Positions 25,562 to 37,602 of a stretch of 64,000 nt of DNA are shown one piece after another. This DNA comes from an uncultured Nitrososphaerales archaeon (GTDB lineage: Archaea > Thermoproteota > Nitrososphaeria > Nitrososphaerales > Nitrososphaeraceae): contig CAVPXM010000030.1 in the NCBI GenBank assembly GCA_963709405.1, positions 1 to 64,000 on the forward strand, written 5' to 3'. How positions within the stretch are numbered: the first letter of the stretch is position 1; every line of letters starts with the position of its first letter. The notes below the pieces were generated by a model. It was not told where the DNA came from, made no database searches, and was given only the letters and a program-made list of their open reading frames with translations. A program made the translations under genes and the position numbers.

Positions 25562-25941
25562 TAACCAAGGACAAAAGCTAGCTTCATCCACTTTCATTTG
25601 ATTAGATTTAGACGAGCAATCAATTGGTCATAACATAGCGACCGATTGTCACAGATTACCGAGCTACCAAGACATTTTGATTATTCGAGTTTAAATATGC
25701 TACAAAGAAGCCTTATTAATTTATTGTAATACGGATCACGAAACCTTGAGACACAATTTAGGATATAGATATCAAGTATTTCGGATAAAAAATATCTGCA
25801 TGCATAGAGTTGCCGAAGACAATCCAAACAAGCTCCATAACGCAATAGAGCGGCGGACGACCGGAAAATTATTTTCATTTCCTGACTGTGGATTGAGATT
25901 CTGACACAGGATATCCCAACTCTAAGTGTATAATTAATGAA

Positions 25942-27012
25942 TTACCTTATTGTGTGGAGTGATCTTTGGTTAAGTATGTCATTTAATAACGTCAGATCAT
26001 ATAATCCGGATAGGTTCGGTCTTTCTTTTCCTTTTGCCAGAAATCCAAGATCATACGCATTATTGGCAGATTGGAATAATGATGATTTCACAGGGTCATA
26101 TGTGAATACCACCCTTGACCATGCATCACTTAACTCATCTTGTGGTATAGCTTTCCCAGTAACTTTTTTTAATTCTTCATTAAATAATTTAATTCCACTA
26201 TCTTTATTCTTGTTTATCCACATCGTCTCATTAATGTGAGCTGACAAAAATTTTCTGATTGTATCTGGATTGTTCTTAAGATATTCACTTCTGGCAACAA
26301 TATTCGCAGTTATAAATTTACCATCAGGCCATAAACTTCTTTCATCGACAAGGATCTTGCCATTGGCTTCTTTTGTTAGTCTGGCTCCCCATGGCTCAGG
26401 TACCCATGCTCCATCGATCTGTTTCTTAAGGAACAAGGTAAGAATATCTGAAGGATTTGCTTGGACTAACGTGACATTTCCACCATTCTCTTTGGTCTTG
26501 AATCCGCTATCTGCTAGATATTTTCTAAGTGCCACATCTTGTGTGTTACCCAGTTGTGGGGACGCGAAGACTCGATTACCTAGATCTTTACGTGAATTAA
26601 TTCCCGAGTCATTTCTAACTACGAATACCGCTCCGCCGCTTGCTGCTCCAGAAATTACTTTCAGCCCATTTCCATCAGATACAACGTAGCCATTTATTGT
26701 AGGATTCGGGCCAACATAGGCTACATCTATTTGATTAGCAAATAAGGCTTCGATAAGTGATGGGCCGGCACTGAACATCTTTGAATCAATTCTAACATTT
26801 TCGCCTAAAGCTTTCTGAAAAGTTCCAGTCCCTAGCCCTATAAGTGCCTGAGCATGGTTTAGATTCGGAAAATAACCAATTCTGAGAAGATTTGATGCTT
26901 TACTATTGACGCCACTGGTTGTCAATGATGGCCCTGTGGAATAGAGGACAGAACTTAAGATGACCGCAACCATTATCGCAGCAGATATTGCAAATTTTAT
27001 TTTAAAATCCAT
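25942..27012 (-). CDS. ABC transporter substrate-binding protein, SsuA/TauA/NrtA family
   Basis: LRIGYFPNLNHAQA, AYVGPNP, PQLGNTQDVALR, AWVPEPW; N-terminal membrane anchor. Confidence 0.9.
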   Translation of the reverse strand: MDFKIKFAISAAIMVAVILSSVLYSTGPSLTTSGVNSKASNLLRIGYFPNLNHAQALIGLGTGTFQKALGENVRIDSKMFSAGPSLIEALFANQIDVAYVGPNPTINGYVVSDGNGLKVISGAASGGAVFVVRNDSGINSRKDLGNRVFASPQLGNTQDVALRKYLADSGFKTKENGGNVTLVQANPSDILTLFLKKQIDGAWVPEPWGARLTKEANGKILVDERSLWPDGKFITANIVARSEYLKNNPDTIRKFLSAHINETMWINKNKDSGIKLFNEELKKVTGKAIPQDELSDAWSRVVFTYDPVKSSLFQSANNAYDLGFLAKGKERPNLSGLYDLTLLNDILNQRSLHTIR

Positions 27013-27938
27013 TTAGTAATGAACTACAATGATTAAACAATACCGCTATTAAATGTGTTTTAGACGTCTATCGAAATGCTTTTTCAAATTATGGAATTTT
27101 CCAATTCTTCTAATTCTAATCATGATTTTTTGGTTACATCAATCATAATCGTCCATATTTGTAGCATACATATGAAATGACCTGTTTTTAGAATATTTGT
27201 ACTCACCATGACGACGTGTAACTTCACGATCTTAGATGCCCTTCCTTATTTACCAGATTAATCCTTCGATATCCTATTAGATATCTAAAACAATTTTAGC
27301 TAGCTAGAGATCCAGTTTGACGAGATTCTGAAATTTTTATGACCGAATCTATTATTCTGAACTCAAAAAAACTTAAATTGAGTACTAAATGGCATCAGTT
27401 ACGATAAATTCGATCTAGTATGATCCAACAACCTAATGGATAACTGAATTGTATAAAAGTATCAGTCTTGATCATACAAATAAACTGGCAGCACTTCCAG
27501 GGCACTGCTTCGAGTCATCGGATTGAAGGAATAGATATCTTACCTATCTGCAGTATCGGTAAGACGATTGGTATAACCATTTTTCAACAGTGTTAAGCAC
27601 AAGGATTAGTATGGTTGCTAGTTGTAACCACATTGAGGAACGCGGGCACAACACTCTCTATGCACCCTTACGGTTGCAATAGGAACTGTTATAAATAACT
27701 TCAATTTTAATTGGCTGTACTGTGACGCCGAGCCGAAGCCAATGACGATTTTCGATTCGGTAATCATACAATATGGTGAGGCATACAAAATAAACATTTG
27801 ATAGAGTTCGGATAAACCATCCCCAAAAAGGTAAACTGACCTAGATTTCCCGTTGATTGGCAAAAGTAAGTAATATTGACTAATAGCGAGACCAAATGAT
27901 TTTATATCTCGTTTGAACTATTTACAGGTGATATTATC

Positions 27939-28466
27939 GTGCAGGCTTCTGACATTAATAGTGATGATGCTAATCGTCGGCTAATAGATGACGTTAATCT
28001 TAAAATAATTGATATATTGAACAAGGACTCTTCGACACCTTTTGTAAATATAGCTAAACAAATTGGAGTCTCGGATGCAACTATTCATATAAGGGTTAGG
28101 AGAATGATATCTGCAGGCATTATTAATAAATTCACCATTTCTGTGGACAATGGGCTTTTGGGTTATGATCATCTTGCATTTATGGGAATTAATATTGAAC
28201 CAGGGTCAGCGGACAGTATTATATCTGATTTATCGACAATTGATGAAGCCTTAGAAATCCATGAAATGCACGGCAGATTCGATCTTCTGTTGAAAATTCG
28301 TGCTAAAGACTTAGAACAGATGAGAGACATTGTAGAAAATAAGATCCGAAAGCTGCCACATATTCTTGAAACAGAATTAATGCCTGTCTTGAAATCAGAG
28401 AAGGAAGAACAAACGATATCTTTAGGCAATGATATAGCCTATAGAGATAAAATATCTATGCCATAA
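27939..28466 (+). CDS. Lrp/AsnC family transcriptional regulator
   Basis: HTH IAKQIGVSDATIHIRVRRM plus RAM domain (HGRFDLLLKI). Confidence 0.92.
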   Translation: MQASDINSDDANRRLIDDVNLKIIDILNKDSSTPFVNIAKQIGVSDATIHIRVRRMISAGIINKFTISVDNGLLGYDHLAFMGINIEPGSADSIISDLSTIDEALEIHEMHGRFDLLLKIRAKDLEQMRDIVENKIRKLPHILETELMPVLKSEKEEQTISLGNDIAYRDKISMP

Positions 28467-28621
28467 TTAGTTACGACACGTTTTCCGAATGTTCTAGTAA
28501 ATCGTGCAGGCCAGTCAATATCTTCTATACTTAAGTGAAATACTTTGTTTCATTACTAATCACACAGTAATCGGTTCTAATAGTTTTTTATATAGTAGCT
28601 TTTTTTTTTGTTAAAATAGGA

Positions 28622-28894
28622 GTGATTGTTATAAACTCTGTTCTGGAGATGGGGATCGTAACTTTACCACTGGATTGGGACGAGATAGTACAAATGAAAA
28701 GACCAGTAAAAACTAGCGACCAAACATTTTGTGGAAATGTAATGGCAGAGTATAAAGACAATCTAATTGTAATTGATGGGAGCATCGTTAAGTTACGTAT
28801 GTACATGATTCCCAAGTCAAAAGTAGAATCTTGCAATGAACAACAGCTTCGCCTAAAAATTTCTAGTGATATGTTATCGATTTTTGATTTTTAG
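28622..28894 (+). CDS. Small hypothetical protein (PRC-barrel-like)
   Basis: KRPVKTSD..CGNV....YMIPKSKVE pattern; fold call is inference. Confidence 0.6.
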   Translation: MIVINSVLEMGIVTLPLDWDEIVQMKRPVKTSDQTFCGNVMAEYKDNLIVIDGSIVKLRMYMIPKSKVESCNEQQLRLKISSDMLSIFDF

Positions 28895-29101
28895 TATGAT
28901 GACTGGCATTTTAGGCCTATAGAAATTAGCTACGAATATGGGGAAATTAAGCTCGACTTAATAACGATTTGTAGCAAATTGAAACAATATTACGGGAATT
29001 ACTTAACACTATGTACTCCTAAATCTCTTGCCAACATGGTAATGGTTAATGCCAATAAGAAAATGCCTCTCATAAAATGATAAAAATGATTTAATACTTA
29101 A

Positions 29102-29935
29102 TCATACGAAATTTAGTTTACATGCTGATGGTAACAATCCATGTTTTCTGGATAGTTCAAATAGACTTATGAGCGACTTTTCACCATCGGGACCCATGTC
29201 TACAGTTACATTGTTCACATACATCTTGACAAACTTAGTAATCATATCTTTCGATTGACCTCTGCTATAACTCATCGCATAATTTACAGCTTCATCGGTA
29301 TTATTTAGACCATAAAGGATTGAATTTTTAAAGAGGGTCTGGAAAGCCTGTATCTGAGCTTCATTCATTAGCTTAGTACTTGCTATATTAATTCCGAGTG
29401 GAAGAGGTAATCCACTGGTTTCAGTATTCCACCAAGACCCAAGATCCAGAACCTTGTAAAACACTGATTTATCGTAAGCGATTTGTGCTTCATGAATCAC
29501 AAGCCCAGCATCCACTTGCCCATTTTGAACAGCTTCTGGAATGAGCTCAAATTGTGTCTCTTTTTCCGTAAACGAAGTCCCTAGTGCAAGTTTCAAGAGT
29601 AAGCTAGCAGTAGTCAATTTTCCGGGTACTGCAATTATGCTATCTCTTAATTGATTTTGGGTTAACTTCTTTTTAGAAAGGACAATAGGTCCATAGTTTA
29701 ATCCGAAGCTACCACCGGTATGAAGTATCTGATAATCGCTTAAATAGTAATAAGCATGAGCAGAAACTGCTGTGATATGCAGTTGGTGCTTAAATGCCGC
29801 TTTATTTAATGTCTCTATGTCTTCTACAAAGTGTTTTATTTTGAAGTCTGAAGATTTAACTTTGCCAGATACAATTCCATAAAACATGAATGCGTCATCA
29901 GCATCAGGAGTATGGCCAACCGTTATTTCAATCAT
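29102..29935 (-). CDS. mqnD: 1,4-dihydroxy-6-naphthoate synthase (futalosine menaquinone pathway)
   Basis: GHTPDADDAFMFY, DIETLN, GGSFG.NYGP, PGKLTTA, GLVIHE, LPLPLG, MYVN. Confidence 0.9.
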   Translation of the reverse strand: MIEITVGHTPDADDAFMFYGIVSGKVKSSDFKIKHFVEDIETLNKAAFKHQLHITAVSAHAYYYLSDYQILHTGGSFGLNYGPIVLSKKKLTQNQLRDSIIAVPGKLTTASLLLKLALGTSFTEKETQFELIPEAVQNGQVDAGLVIHEAQIAYDKSVFYKVLDLGSWWNTETSGLPLPLGINIASTKLMNEAQIQAFQTLFKNSILYGLNNTDEAVNYAMSYSRGQSKDMITKFVKMYVNNVTVDMGPDGEKSLISLFELSRKHGLLPSACKLNFV

Positions 29936-30598
29936 AAACCATTCATATTAATTGCAATACTTGCCTAAATAAAAACCTGAAATCCCGGATACGGCCTCAT
30001 GCGCGCTGCAAATGCTAGCCAAGTCCTAATGTCCAAAAGGAACAAAAGTCGAGTAAGTCAGGTTCTTATCGCTATGACAACAGTCGAAAGTTGACTGTGA
30101 TCCTCAATATGACCTACTTGATAGATAACTTCATAGAATCAGAAACAAAATTAGACCTTACGGGTGCAATGAAAGATTCTGATTGTTGTCATCAATTTCT
30201 TGTTCGTAATGCAGATGTTCCTCACTTATTTCCTTTCAGAGCTTCATATATGCATATCAACTGATTCTGATTGTAATGATGATGAAGTTTCTGACTCAAA
30301 TTCCCAACGATCGTGTCTGTGACTTTTTCTAACGTCACATCATAAAGTTTCTTAGCGTGGTCCAATATTAACTCCTATAATTGTCATCTTGATAAGATCG
30401 TCCATAAACAGTGTCTGATGGTGTTCTTGATGATGTTGTTCATTTTATGATAACTATTACTGATTACATCTTCAGCATGAAGGAAATGAGCGGCAAAAGT
30501 CATGATCGTGACCATGCTTATTTGTAGGTAAGGTGAAACTAAAAATAGCCGGTAATTTAATTCCCAGTAAAGAGCGTGGAGGCTATTAACATAAGACT

Positions 30599-32328
30599 AT
30601 GAGACCAGTCTTGCTTACCGTGGATGATGATCCACAAGTGGTTCGAGCCGTTGAGCGTGATTTAAGACAGAAATATGGTAGGCGCTTTCGTGTTTTTAAA
30701 TCGGAATCTGGTGAAAATGCTCTTAGATTATTGAAAGAGTTGAAATTACGTAACGAGATGCTGGCATTGCTGTTAGTAGATCAGCGAATGCCTCAGATGT
30801 CTGGAGTAGAATTCCTGGAACGATCCATGGATATATTTCCAGAAGCTAAGCGTGTATTGCTTACAGCTTATGCAGATACAGAGGCTGCAATAAGATCCAT
30901 AAACAAAGCTAAAATTGATTATTACTTGATGAAACCGTGGGACCCGCCTGAAGAACATTTATACCCTATACTTGATGACTTGTTAGACGATTGGTGGGCT
31001 TCATTCAAGCCTCCATATGAAGGTATCAGGGTAATAGGATTAAGATGGTCTCCCAAATCATATGAAGTAAGACATTTTCTAGCCAGAAATGGCATACCTT
31101 TTCAATGGCTGGATATAGAGACTGATGAAGCTCGTCGACTACTCTCTTATGTTGATTCAACTAGCAAGGGAGAACGTTCTGGTTATACACCATCTACTTC
31201 TTCATTGTCTCGTTCGTTTTCACCCTCCTTGAACCTACCAGTTGTCGTTTTTCCCGATGGTTCATACATGGATGAGCCATCTAATTCGGGGCTCGCAGAA
31301 AAAATCGGTCTGAAAACCCATGCACAGATGCCTTTCTATGATTTGATAATAATAGGAGCAGGACCAACCGGATTGGCAGCGGCAGTATATGGTGCATCAG
31401 AGGGTCTCAGTACATTACTAATTGAAAGACAAGCGCCTGGTGGACAGGCGAGCCATGAGCTCTAATATCGAAAACTACCTCGGCTTTCCTTCTGGTCTCA
31501 CCGGCAGTAATCTTGCTAGACGCGCTGTTGCGCAAGCAGTTCGATTTGGCGTCGAGATTCTATCCCCACAGGAAGTCATGGGTATACGCATCAATGGTCC
31601 ATATCGGATAGCTAAATTGAAAGACGGGGCAGAGATAAGCTGCCATGCCCTCCTTATAGCGAGCGGAGTATCATATCGCAAGTTGGGAGATATAAAGGGA
31701 ATAGATAAACTGACTGGAGCCGGTGTATACTATGGTGCCTCCATGGTAGAAGCGCTATCATGTAAGGATGAAGATGTATTTATGGTTGGAGGAGCCAACT
31801 CTGCAGGTCAAGGCAGCAATACATTTTTCAAAATATGCTAAATCGGTAACGCTTGTAGTCCGTGGTGATTCTCTAAGTAAGAGTATGTCATACTATCTTG
31901 TTCATCAGATAAACAAGACATCTAACATACATGTATTATTAAATTCAAAAATAATCGAGGTACAAGGTGAAACTAGGCTTGAATTCATTACTATAACAGA
32001 TACTCATACAGGAGAGAAGCAGACTATTCAATGTTCTATCCTCTATATATTTATTGGCGCAGTTCCCCATACTGATGCCCTTGCTGATCTAATAGAGCGG
32101 GATGCAAATGGCTTTATTTTAACCGGTCAGGATTTGATCCAAAATGGGCGTAAACGTCTTAAAGGCTGGACGCTGGATCGTCAACCACTTTTACTCGAGA
32201 CAAATGTGCCTGGGATATTCGCTGCTGGAGACGTGCGTCATGGTTCTACGAAAAGAGTTGCTACGGGGGTAGGAGAAGGGTCTCTGGTTGTCCAGCTAAT
32301 ACACCAATATTTAAAGAGTGTTAAATAA
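30599..32328 (+). CDS. Fused response-regulator receiver / thioredoxin-reductase-like flavoprotein (two frameshifts)
   Basis: Receiver VDDD, DQRMP, LTAYAD, KPW; then [43 protein letters not shown] over ORFs 30599-31465, 31422-31841, 31768-32328. Confidence 0.88.
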
Positions 32329-32402
32329 ATGACAGTTATCTTTGCTAGCCGTACAAATAAAAATACTAATAACCAAGAAGTTAATAATAAGAATGAAATA
32401 AC

Positions 32403-33953
32403 ATGACGATTAGCTCAAAGAGTGGCAATATCACTCATGATCAAGAGGCTCTTTTTCATCAAATACGGTTGTTTTCAGGGCTCTCTGATAAGGAGTTAAA
32501 TTCGTTGGAAAAAGGAAAAGAGGAATGGTTTGAAAGAGGAGACAAAATAATTGCTGAAGGTGAAACTGACGCTTTTTATGTATTACTACAGGGGAAGGTG
32601 CAGATCATATTAAAAGATGGACCCCAAGAAGCGGTACTCTCTACATATGATTCAGGTGACCATTTTGGAGAGCTTTTGATTATTCTTGGCGAACATCTCT
32701 CAGATCATAAATGTGCTGCTATTGCTGCTGAGAGAAGCCATCTACTAAAATGGGATAAAGATGCATTCTGGCGAATGGTGTACAGTTCTCCTTCTTTGAC
32801 TAGGCAAATTCTGCATTCAATGGCGCGCCTTCTTAAATCGTTGGAGACAGTATTAGAGCGCAATCAAAAACTCATAGCGCTAGGTAGCTTGGCTGCAGGT
32901 CTTGCTCATGAGTTGAATAATCCTGCCGCAGCTGCCAATAGATCTGTCACACAATTGTCTGACTCTTTTTTAGAGTGGAGGTCTCTATTGCAGAGGTTAA
33001 ATAGTGAGGAAGGTATAACATCTGCACAATGGTCATATATTTCTAAATTGAGGGATGATATTCTTACGAACTCCACTAGATATCCTCTTAAGGGAGCTTC
33101 TGTTACTGGCGATCTTGGTACAAACGATCCTATAGCACAAAGCGAACAGGAGGAGCAGATCATAGACTGGCTTGAATCTCATGGTATTAGGGATGGATGG
33201 AAGCTGGCATCTGAATTGGTCAATGTAGGTGTCACTATAGATACCATAAGGGATATCGCTGGTACCATAAGGCCGCCGAAATCAATTACCGATAACAAAG
33301 GATCAGAACAAAACCTTAAGGATATTTTGGGTTGGCTTACTACTACTATAAGGGTAGATCATTTGCTTTATGAAATTAAGAGCAGCATTACGCGTATTAG
33401 CGATTTAGTCTCTGCGGTAAAATCATATTCATATGTGGATAAAACTCCTCTTCAGGATGTCGATATCCATAAAGGGATAGAGAGTGCATTGATTATTCTT
33501 CAGCATAAACTAAAGAAAGCAGATATAACTATATCTCGAGAATATGATTCTAATTTGCCGCATCTTAATGCTTATGGAAATGAGCTGATTCAAGTATGGA
33601 CTAATCTAATAGATAATGCTATTGATGGGATAGGCGAACACGGAGCTATTTCAATTCGTACCAAGAATGAGGCTAATGACCATATAGTTGTAGAAATAGC
33701 AGACAATGGAAGTAAAGGCATTCCGGAAGACATACAATCACGTATTTTTGAACCATTCTTTACAACTAAAGATCCAGGGAAAGGAACTGGTCTTGGATTG
33801 AGTATAAGTCACCGGATCATCACTGAAACGCACCGAGGAGACGTACGGGTATATTCTAGACCAGGAGAGACTCGTTTTCAGATTCGTCTACCTATTATTT
33901 ACAACGAAGGGGTCGAGAAAAGGTACTGGTCTTGGATTAAGCCATCGGATTAG
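32403..33953 (+). CDS. Sensor histidine kinase with N-terminal cyclic-nucleotide-binding-like domain
   Basis: FYVLLQG..GDHFGEL; H-box LAHELNNP; N-box NLIDNAID; [14 protein letters not shown]. Confidence 0.93.
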   Translation: MTISSKSGNITHDQEALFHQIRLFSGLSDKELNSLEKGKEEWFERGDKIIAEGETDAFYVLLQGKVQIILKDGPQEAVLSTYDSGDHFGELLIILGEHLSDHKCAAIAAERSHLLKWDKDAFWRMVYSSPSLTRQILHSMARLLKSLETVLERNQKLIALGSLAAGLAHELNNPAAAANRSVTQLSDSFLEWRSLLQRLNSEEGITSAQWSYISKLRDDILTNSTRYPLKGASVTGDLGTNDPIAQSEQEEQIIDWLESHGIRDGWKLASELVNVGVTIDTIRDIAGTIRPPKSITDNKGSEQNLKDILGWLTTTIRVDHLLYEIKSSITRISDLVSAVKSYSYVDKTPLQDVDIHKGIESALIILQHKLKKADITISREYDSNLPHLNAYGNELIQVWTNLIDNAIDGIGEHGAISIRTKNEANDHIVVEIADNGSKGIPEDIQSRIFEPFFTTKDPGKGTGLGLSISHRIITETHRGDVRVYSRPGETRFQIRLPIIYNEGVEKRYWSWIKPSD

Positions 33954-35245
33954 CAAGGAAAATCATAGAGGAATAGCTGCAGGCAGGACAATTTGAATGC
34001 CATATCTGATCCACAACCTGTATGGCCTAGTGTTATTCCTTCAATATATTTTGGCATGATTGATCAAATATATCCATTATTAGTAATCTAAACAATGGCA
34101 ACAGGTATGCTAGGGATTGTCATTGTCATCAGTTCTAGAGTAACAAGCATTTACTTGCATGATAATCATGAAATAACGAAGAGTAGTTTAGCATAGAGGA
34201 TATATTACTCAGCACCGACCCACCCACGACTCTAAATCAATATAGGGTCATGAGCTTTGATGTGATCTGCAAGAAGTAAGTATGGGCCTTCTGTGGGGGA
34301 TCTGAATACAGGCAACCCAGACACCAAACGCATGTATTTTTCATAGAAGGCTACCATCAGGGACTTTAGTATAATAGAGAACTGAACCTTCTATATCGAA
34401 AGCAGAAATATACAAGAAATCAAGAGACTTGAGATGAGTTTGGCTAGTGATAGGACCAGATCGCCTACCATCTCGTGAATCAGCACTTTATGTTGCAAAG
34501 ATGAATTATTACCCACATCATACATTTTACAACGCAACAGATAATGTGAAAAAAATTCGCCAATAAATTCTTTCCAATTCATGCAAGTTACGAAAATATG
34601 GATGTCTCCAATTTAATTTTATAAAAGCTTGGGGTTCTATTAACCCTAAAGATGTAATCCGTGATCACCAGAAATCTGCAGAAATAGAAAACCTGTTAAA
34701 TAAACTAAACAAGCACGATACTATCAACCTTGTTTAAAAATCTAAACTTGCTATAACGTTTGTAAGTATATCGCTAGTGTAGGAAAAGTTTTACGTATGT
34801 AAAACAGAGTGGGGCGACCAAGGTAAATCATTGGTTGGTTGGTCGTCCTACGAAGCATCTTGCCACAGCCTCTCTGTTGTCAATACTTTATAGTACATAT
34901 TAGCATAAAAGGTATGTATCAGTGATACTTGTGATAGATTCTAGCGATTTAATCGAAAAGCAAATTTCACAATTTCACATGAAGAGGACTGAAAGCGTCG
35001 ATTATTCTATGATAATTGACAGACTATAAGGTTGTACTCTAATTACATTTGAGATATTTCACTATTTGACGTTGGCTATATGTAACATCTAGGCCAGACC
35101 TAAATTTGAGAAGCAAACTTGAGATGTGATCTTCTAAATACTAATCAAATACCATACTTCACAACGGGAGAAGAATAGATAACACAACGGTCATGATATA
35201 TCTCTCAGAGATCAAATTATATAATGATGATAATTAACAAAAGTT

Positions 35246-35677
35246 GTGTTAGTAACCCCTCTAAGACCCCCTACAATTGAAGAAGTTAAGAAATTAGGCA
35301 CAACTGATAATGCTATAATGACCGCAGCGTCTTACTCTCTTAGAGCTAAAATGAGAAAATATATACAGATTGATCCGTATACTGTATCTGATCCATTTGG
35401 GGATAAAGATGATTTCGACTATTTTGTCGTCATAGATGGGGAAGTTCCCTCTAGGATAATTGCAATGAACATAAAGATCAAGGATCCAGCTTCTGAAATC
35501 CCTTGGAAGGAAATATTGAACGATCGGCTAGCTGTGCTTCAAATGTCTAAACCTGATGCTCTGCTACTAAAACGAGAGCTAATGCCGAAGGATACAAATA
35601 ATTTCTACCCATATAGGCGCTCCGGCAAGATTGTAGGATTCCTTATGTTCGCCTTTCAGATTTGCGGCCATAATTAA
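35246..35677 (+). CDS. Hypothetical protein
   Basis: 143-aa ORF, GTG start, TATA-like TTATATAA about 25 nt upstream. Confidence 0.75.
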   Translation: MLVTPLRPPTIEEVKKLGTTDNAIMTAASYSLRAKMRKYIQIDPYTVSDPFGDKDDFDYFVVIDGEVPSRIIAMNIKIKDPASEIPWKEILNDRLAVLQMSKPDALLLKRELMPKDTNNFYPYRRSGKIVGFLMFAFQICGHN

Positions 35678-35732
35678 TATCATTTTTGTGGTTATTATTG
35701 ATCCGATACGATTGTACCGTAAAAAGATAGTG

Positions 35733-36413
35733 TTACATTATTGGCTCTTCAATTATTTTCAAGTTTCCATCAGATAGTATCTCAATCCTCATAATATTTA
35801 ATATCTTTTTGGCCATGTATTTTTCTTCTCTACTCATAATGGCTTTAGCAATTTTTAGCCTATACGCCGGAGCCCATTGTTGACCAATTTTATACTTGCC
35901 ACGGATTTCGTTTGGAAATATCTTGATCACAGCTACTTCACGTACCGTTTGCATTAAGGGAGTAAGTTCTTGATATTTCTCTCTATTTTGATATTTTTGC
36001 ATTAACATATTCAATGCTAGGGCCTTCTCTTCCCAGTCTTCGATTATATCGGCTTTGCCCTTTATAACTACACTGATATAAAGAGTATCTGCTTGTGAGG
36101 CATCATGAGGATGAAAATAATAAGAGGGCAAAAAACATATGTGCTGATCAACCTCAAATCCGACCTTGGGGTTTATTCTAATGTTATCCAGTTTTTCCCC
36201 GGTTCGATGAGAGTGCATATACACGGCATCCCCACTTATTATTTTGTTTGGATTAGTTGTTGGATCGTCAGCTTGTATATATACAAAATTCATAGGTATA
36301 ATTTGGGGATAGCCATTTCTATCGATTGAGGCTACTCTGCCAACAGGCTGCTTGTTGAGAAATTCAATGATTTTCTCCCGGGATTTTATTTCTAGCTTTT
36401 TTACAAGCTGCAT
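35733..36413 (-). CDS. Pyridoxamine-5'-phosphate-oxidase-like (NimA-like) flavin-binding protein
   Basis: GRVAS..YPQIIPMNF, YMHS...GEKLDNI..NPKVGFEVD, YISVVIKG. Confidence 0.87.
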   Translation of the reverse strand: MQLVKKLEIKSREKIIEFLNKQPVGRVASIDRNGYPQIIPMNFVYIQADDPTTNPNKIISGDAVYMHSHRTGEKLDNIRINPKVGFEVDQHICFLPSYYFHPHDASQADTLYISVVIKGKADIIEDWEEKALALNMLMQKYQNREKYQELTPLMQTVREVAVIKIFPNEIRGKYKIGQQWAPAYRLKIAKAIMSREEKYMAKKILNIMRIEILSDGNLKIIEEPIM

Positions 36414-36980
36414 ACGTTGAAACTTTCATGAAGCGTAAATAAAGTTATTGTGAACATAAGGATATACTAAAATTATACTAAATCTGTCAAATAATCGGGA
36501 AATTAATCAGATAGTGGTATGGTAATTATTCCTTCTTAATTGTGACCACTATATTCACATTTGGTATCAACATATGTGATAATGGGGGTATCAATATAGT
36601 ATATGAACTAACGAAGCAAGTGACAAAGATTCATAATTAGAGTTAAAACCAACGAATTGTGATTTCAAATCTGACGTAGCATCACTACTTGCTTTAGGCT
36701 TGAGTTGCATGTGAGAGATTGTGTAGTTACAGACAATTCTAGTTTATTATTAATTATCGTTATAGTGAATTTACATAGGGATAATGCAATTAATATGAAA
36801 TATCAATTCAGCTGACTCTCATCTATTAAAGGGATTCTGATGATGCGCATAGCAGTTAGTTTACCCTAAGACGATGGAAGTGCAAAATCTAAATACAAAT
36901 TCGAATTCATTGAGTAATCATGGGAATTAAAGCCTCTAAAAACGTCTTCAAAAAAAGGGATTTAGGCCTTTAGAAGGTTC

Positions 36981-37274
36981 TTAACCCTCTTCCCAGCCCT
37001 TGACAAATACTGCATTCTTCTTCAATGGAATTGGCTGTCCTGGTGTATAGTCCATTGGCCTCATCCAAAATATTGCCTTTGTTGGACACACTCCGATGCA
37101 GGCACCATCAGATATACACCTCTCTGGATAAAACACAAAGGCTTTACCTCTCTTCCATCCTTCGACAGGTTTTACTCTAAGAACATCTGGACCAAGAGCG
37201 GTGCAAATCTCTACGCAGAGAGCACAGCCTATACAGTGTTGTTCGCTAATATCTGGAATTATTGCGACTGGCAT
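36981..37274 (-). CDS. 2[4Fe-4S] ferredoxin
   Basis: CIGCALCVEIC and CISDGACIGVCP (Asp in place of one Cys). Confidence 0.93.
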   Translation of the reverse strand: MPVAIIPDISEQHCIGCALCVEICTALGPDVLRVKPVEGWKRGKAFVFYPERCISDGACIGVCPTKAIFWMRPMDYTPGQPIPLKKNAVFVKGWEEG

Positions 37275-37602
37275 CTTTTTTCACTTAATGTCGTTTCATA
37301 TCGAAAGTATTTAAACCCTATGCCATTTGTATAACACTGATATAATGGTAACTATTGCATTTTAATTTCTGCCTTTGACAGCGATAATCGGATTGTTGAA
37401 CACATGAGACATCTAATTTTGGTACGCGAAATTCACTTTATAGGCTCGTATAAAAGTCCTAGCCGAAAATGTAGATAAAAATAGGCAAGTGATTACGGTT
37501 GCCGTATGATAAGATTCAAAGTACCATGAGTGAATGACGAAGGTAAGAGGACTGACCGAATATAAAATCTAGACGAAATCCTGACAAGCTTTAATAGAAT
37601 CC

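Noticed and set aside
26270-26689. Antisense ORFs over real genes (also 5819, 7207, 12624, 24263, 28169, 32906, 42427, 48582, 49386, 50082, 54459 and others)
   Set aside because: Each lies opposite a confidently identified gene and has no independent motif.
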